Assembly: GCA_045599485.1 (NCBI GenBank)
Contig: JAZRWA010000055.1
Location: 1-24,596 of the forward strand
DNA from: Clostridia bacterium
GTDB taxonomy: Bacteria; Bacillota; Clostridia; Christensenellales; Aristaeellaceae
Length of the DNA stretch: 24,596 nt
Reading direction: 5' to 3'
In this document: positions 23,189 through 24,596 of the stretch, piece after piece
Numbering within the stretch: position 1 is the stretch's first letter
Layout of the letters: the number at the start of each line of letters is the position of its first letter
Notes under the pieces: model-generated
The model's input: only the letters and a program-made list of their open reading frames with translations
Database searches by the model: none
Told to the model about the DNA's origin: nothing
Program-made: the position numbers and the translations under genes

Positions 23189-24163
23189 TTACTCGCCGAA
23201 ATGATTGGTGCCGTCGGCTTCAACCAGCACGGTGTAGCCTTCGTAAGCGCTGTCGGCAAAGCTGCCGCCAAAGCGTTCCACGGCCTGCATGTTGACAAAC
23301 TTGGCATAGTTGGTCAGGGTCTCATAGGGGTTATCGGCAATGGCAGCACCGTTCTTGATGCGCAGCGCCATCGCGGCGGTCTGCTCGCCCAGCTGGACAT
23401 AGTTGACGCCGATGGTGGCAAAGCCGCCGTCCGCGACCATGGAGTCAGCGCCGCAGTACACGGGGATGCCGGCGGTATAGGCCACATCGGTGTAGGTCGC
23501 CATGGCGGAAGCGATGGAGTTATCGTTGCCGGTATACAGGGCATCCACACCCTTGGTGATGAGGGTTTCCACCGCGGTCTGCAGTTCGCTCAGGTTGGAG
23601 ATGGAGACTTCTTCATAAGCGATGTTTTCGGCTTCACAGTAGGCCTTGGCGGCACGGATGGTGCTGACGGAGTTGGCCTCGCTGGAGGTGTACACAAAAC
23701 CGATCTTTTTGCAATCGGGCTGGAAGTTGAAGATCAGCTTGACGATCTCGGCGGCGGGAATGTTGTTGCTCACGCCCGTGATGTTGGCGCAGTCATCGCC
23801 CACCATGCCGGCGGCATTGGGGTCGGAAACAGCGGAGAAGATGACGGGGGTCTCGGTGCCGATGTAAACGGATTTGGCCGTCTGGGCGGTGGAGGTGGCA
23901 ATGGCGATGATCATGTCCACATCCTCTGCCTGATACTTGCTGAGGATGTTGTACAGGGCGGAACCGTCGCCGTTGGCATTGGCGGTCAGAACCTCGATGC
24001 CTTCGCCGGCGGCGTTCAGTTCCTTGACGATGGTGTCACGGATCTGGTCCAGCGAGGTGTGGGTCATGGGCTGCACGATGGCAATGCGATAGGTGTCGGC
24101 CAGCGCGGCGGTGAAGGAGAGCAGCAGAGCGAGGGTCAGGATGACGGAAAGCAGCTTTTTCAT
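23189..24163 (-). CDS. ABC transporter substrate-binding protein (ABC_sub_bind / COG2984 type)
   Basis: A signal peptide is present. The family-typical start of the mature protein is YRIAIVQPMTHTSLDQIRD. GGAGG lies 8 nt upstream. Confidence 0.85.
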   Translation of the reverse strand: MKKLLSVILTLALLLSFTAALADTYRIAIVQPMTHTSLDQIRDTIVKELNAAGEGIEVLTANANGDGSALYNILSKYQAEDVDMIIAIATSTAQTAKSVYIGTETPVIFSAVSDPNAAGMVGDDCANITGVSNNIPAAEIVKLIFNFQPDCKKIGFVYTSSEANSVSTIRAAKAYCEAENIAYEEVSISNLSELQTAVETLITKGVDALYTGNDNSIASAMATYTDVAYTAGIPVYCGADSMVADGGFATIGVNYVQLGEQTAAMALRIKNGAAIADNPYETLTNYAKFVNMQAVERFGGSFADSAYEGYTVLVEADGTNHFGE

Positions 24164-24215
24164 GGTTTGTTCCTCCTTGTTTATTTGGTTTTGTTGTTTA
24201 TCGTTACGCTCTTTT

Positions 24216-24596
24216 TTAAGAGCCGTAAGCGCTGAGGGCTTTTTGCGTATGGGTCTTTATGACCTCAAGGGAATGCTTCAAAGCGGCCTGTTCCCTTTCG
24301 TCAAGAGGCAATTCGATGATCTTTTCGATGCCGTTTGCGCCGATGATGCAGGGGACGCCGCAATGGAGATCATGGGCGCCGTATTCTCCCATCAGCTGCA
24401 CGCTGGCGGGCATCACGCGTTTTTCATCTCGCAGGATGGCCAATGCCATATCCGCCGCCGCCGCGCCGATGCCAAACTCCGTGGAGCCTTTTCCGTTGAT
24501 AATGTCCATGCCCGCCATACGCGTGGCATTTTCAATCTCCTCCGCCGGCAGGGAGAAGGCTTCCAGCGGCTGCCCCATGGCCATGCCGCAGGAGAG
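24216..24596 (-). CDS. ldh: L-lactate/malate dehydrogenase family protein, C-terminal part only (gene continues beyond the window)
   Basis: The LDH C-terminal domain pattern is seen (IINGKGSTEFGIGAAAADMALAILRDEKRVMPASVQLMGEYG...GVPCIIGANGIEKIIELPL). The reading frame is open to the window edge. Confidence 0.82.
   Translation of the reverse strand, partial: LSCGMAMGQPLEAFSLPAEEIENATRMAGMDIINGKGSTEFGIGAAAADMALAILRDEKRVMPASVQLMGEYGAHDLHCGVPCIIGANGIEKIIELPLDEREQAALKHSLEVIKTHTQKALSAYGS

Noticed and set aside
24196-24234. Hairpin TTACGCTCTT-tttt-AAGAGCcGTAA spanning the ldh stop codon
   Set aside because: It has no U-tract on the - strand, is short and is bulged. It is not convincing as a terminator between ldh and the ABC operon.
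1-24596. Search for mobile elements, CRISPR arrays, tRNA/rRNA genes and known riboswitches
   Set aside because: I saw no transposase or integrase-like ORFs, no regularly spaced repeats and no tRNA-like cloverleaf candidates in the intergenic regions. All gaps other than 5651-5964 and 18271-18500 are shorter than about 210 bp and are explained by promoters and terminators. This was an inspection by eye and was not run through tRNAscan or Infernal.

Overview
The window looks like a chromosomal segment of a roughly 60% G+C Firmicute. A Clostridia or Oscillospiraceae-like origin is my inference from protein style only. Coding density is high, and I found no rRNA, tRNA, CRISPR array, transposase or integrase. 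Gene order is as follows. (1) A minus-strand metal module at 145-2939 encodes a small secreted protein with two Asn-Cys-Cys motifs, then a P1B-type ATPase with no N-terminal metal-binding domain, then a His-tailed CsoR-family repressor. (2) An 873-aa secreted protein with a central metallo-beta-lactamase (HxHxDH) core lies at 3029-5650. (3) A 314-bp divergent control region follows, packed with AAACG-core palindromes and containing a 23-codon upstream ORF preceded by a Shine-Dalgarno site. (4) A ZnuABC-like metal importer. (5) A MATE efflux pump. (6) A plus-strand run of a NYN plus 2x OST-HTH/LOTUS protein, a GT2 polyprenyl-phosphate glycosyltransferase, a DUF1858-like small redox protein, murG and an Fe-S RNA uracil-C5 methyltransferase. 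(7) A low-G+C islet of about 2.4 kb with a tandem-GNAT protein, a second GNAT whose conserved C-terminus is cut off by an in-frame TAG, and an XRE-HTH/zinc-ribbon regulator. (8) An orphan MsmK/MsmX-like sugar ABC ATPase. (9) An OmpR-type response regulator with an intramembrane-type histidine kinase, followed by azlCD. (10) A COG2984/COG4120/COG1101-type ABC importer directly downstream of a partial ldh. My best candidates for something undescribed are the three-gene metal module, the large secreted MBL protein with its unusual leader region, the NYN-LOTUS protein, and the TAG-interrupted GNAT islet. All functional calls come from motifs I recognised by eye. No database search was run.
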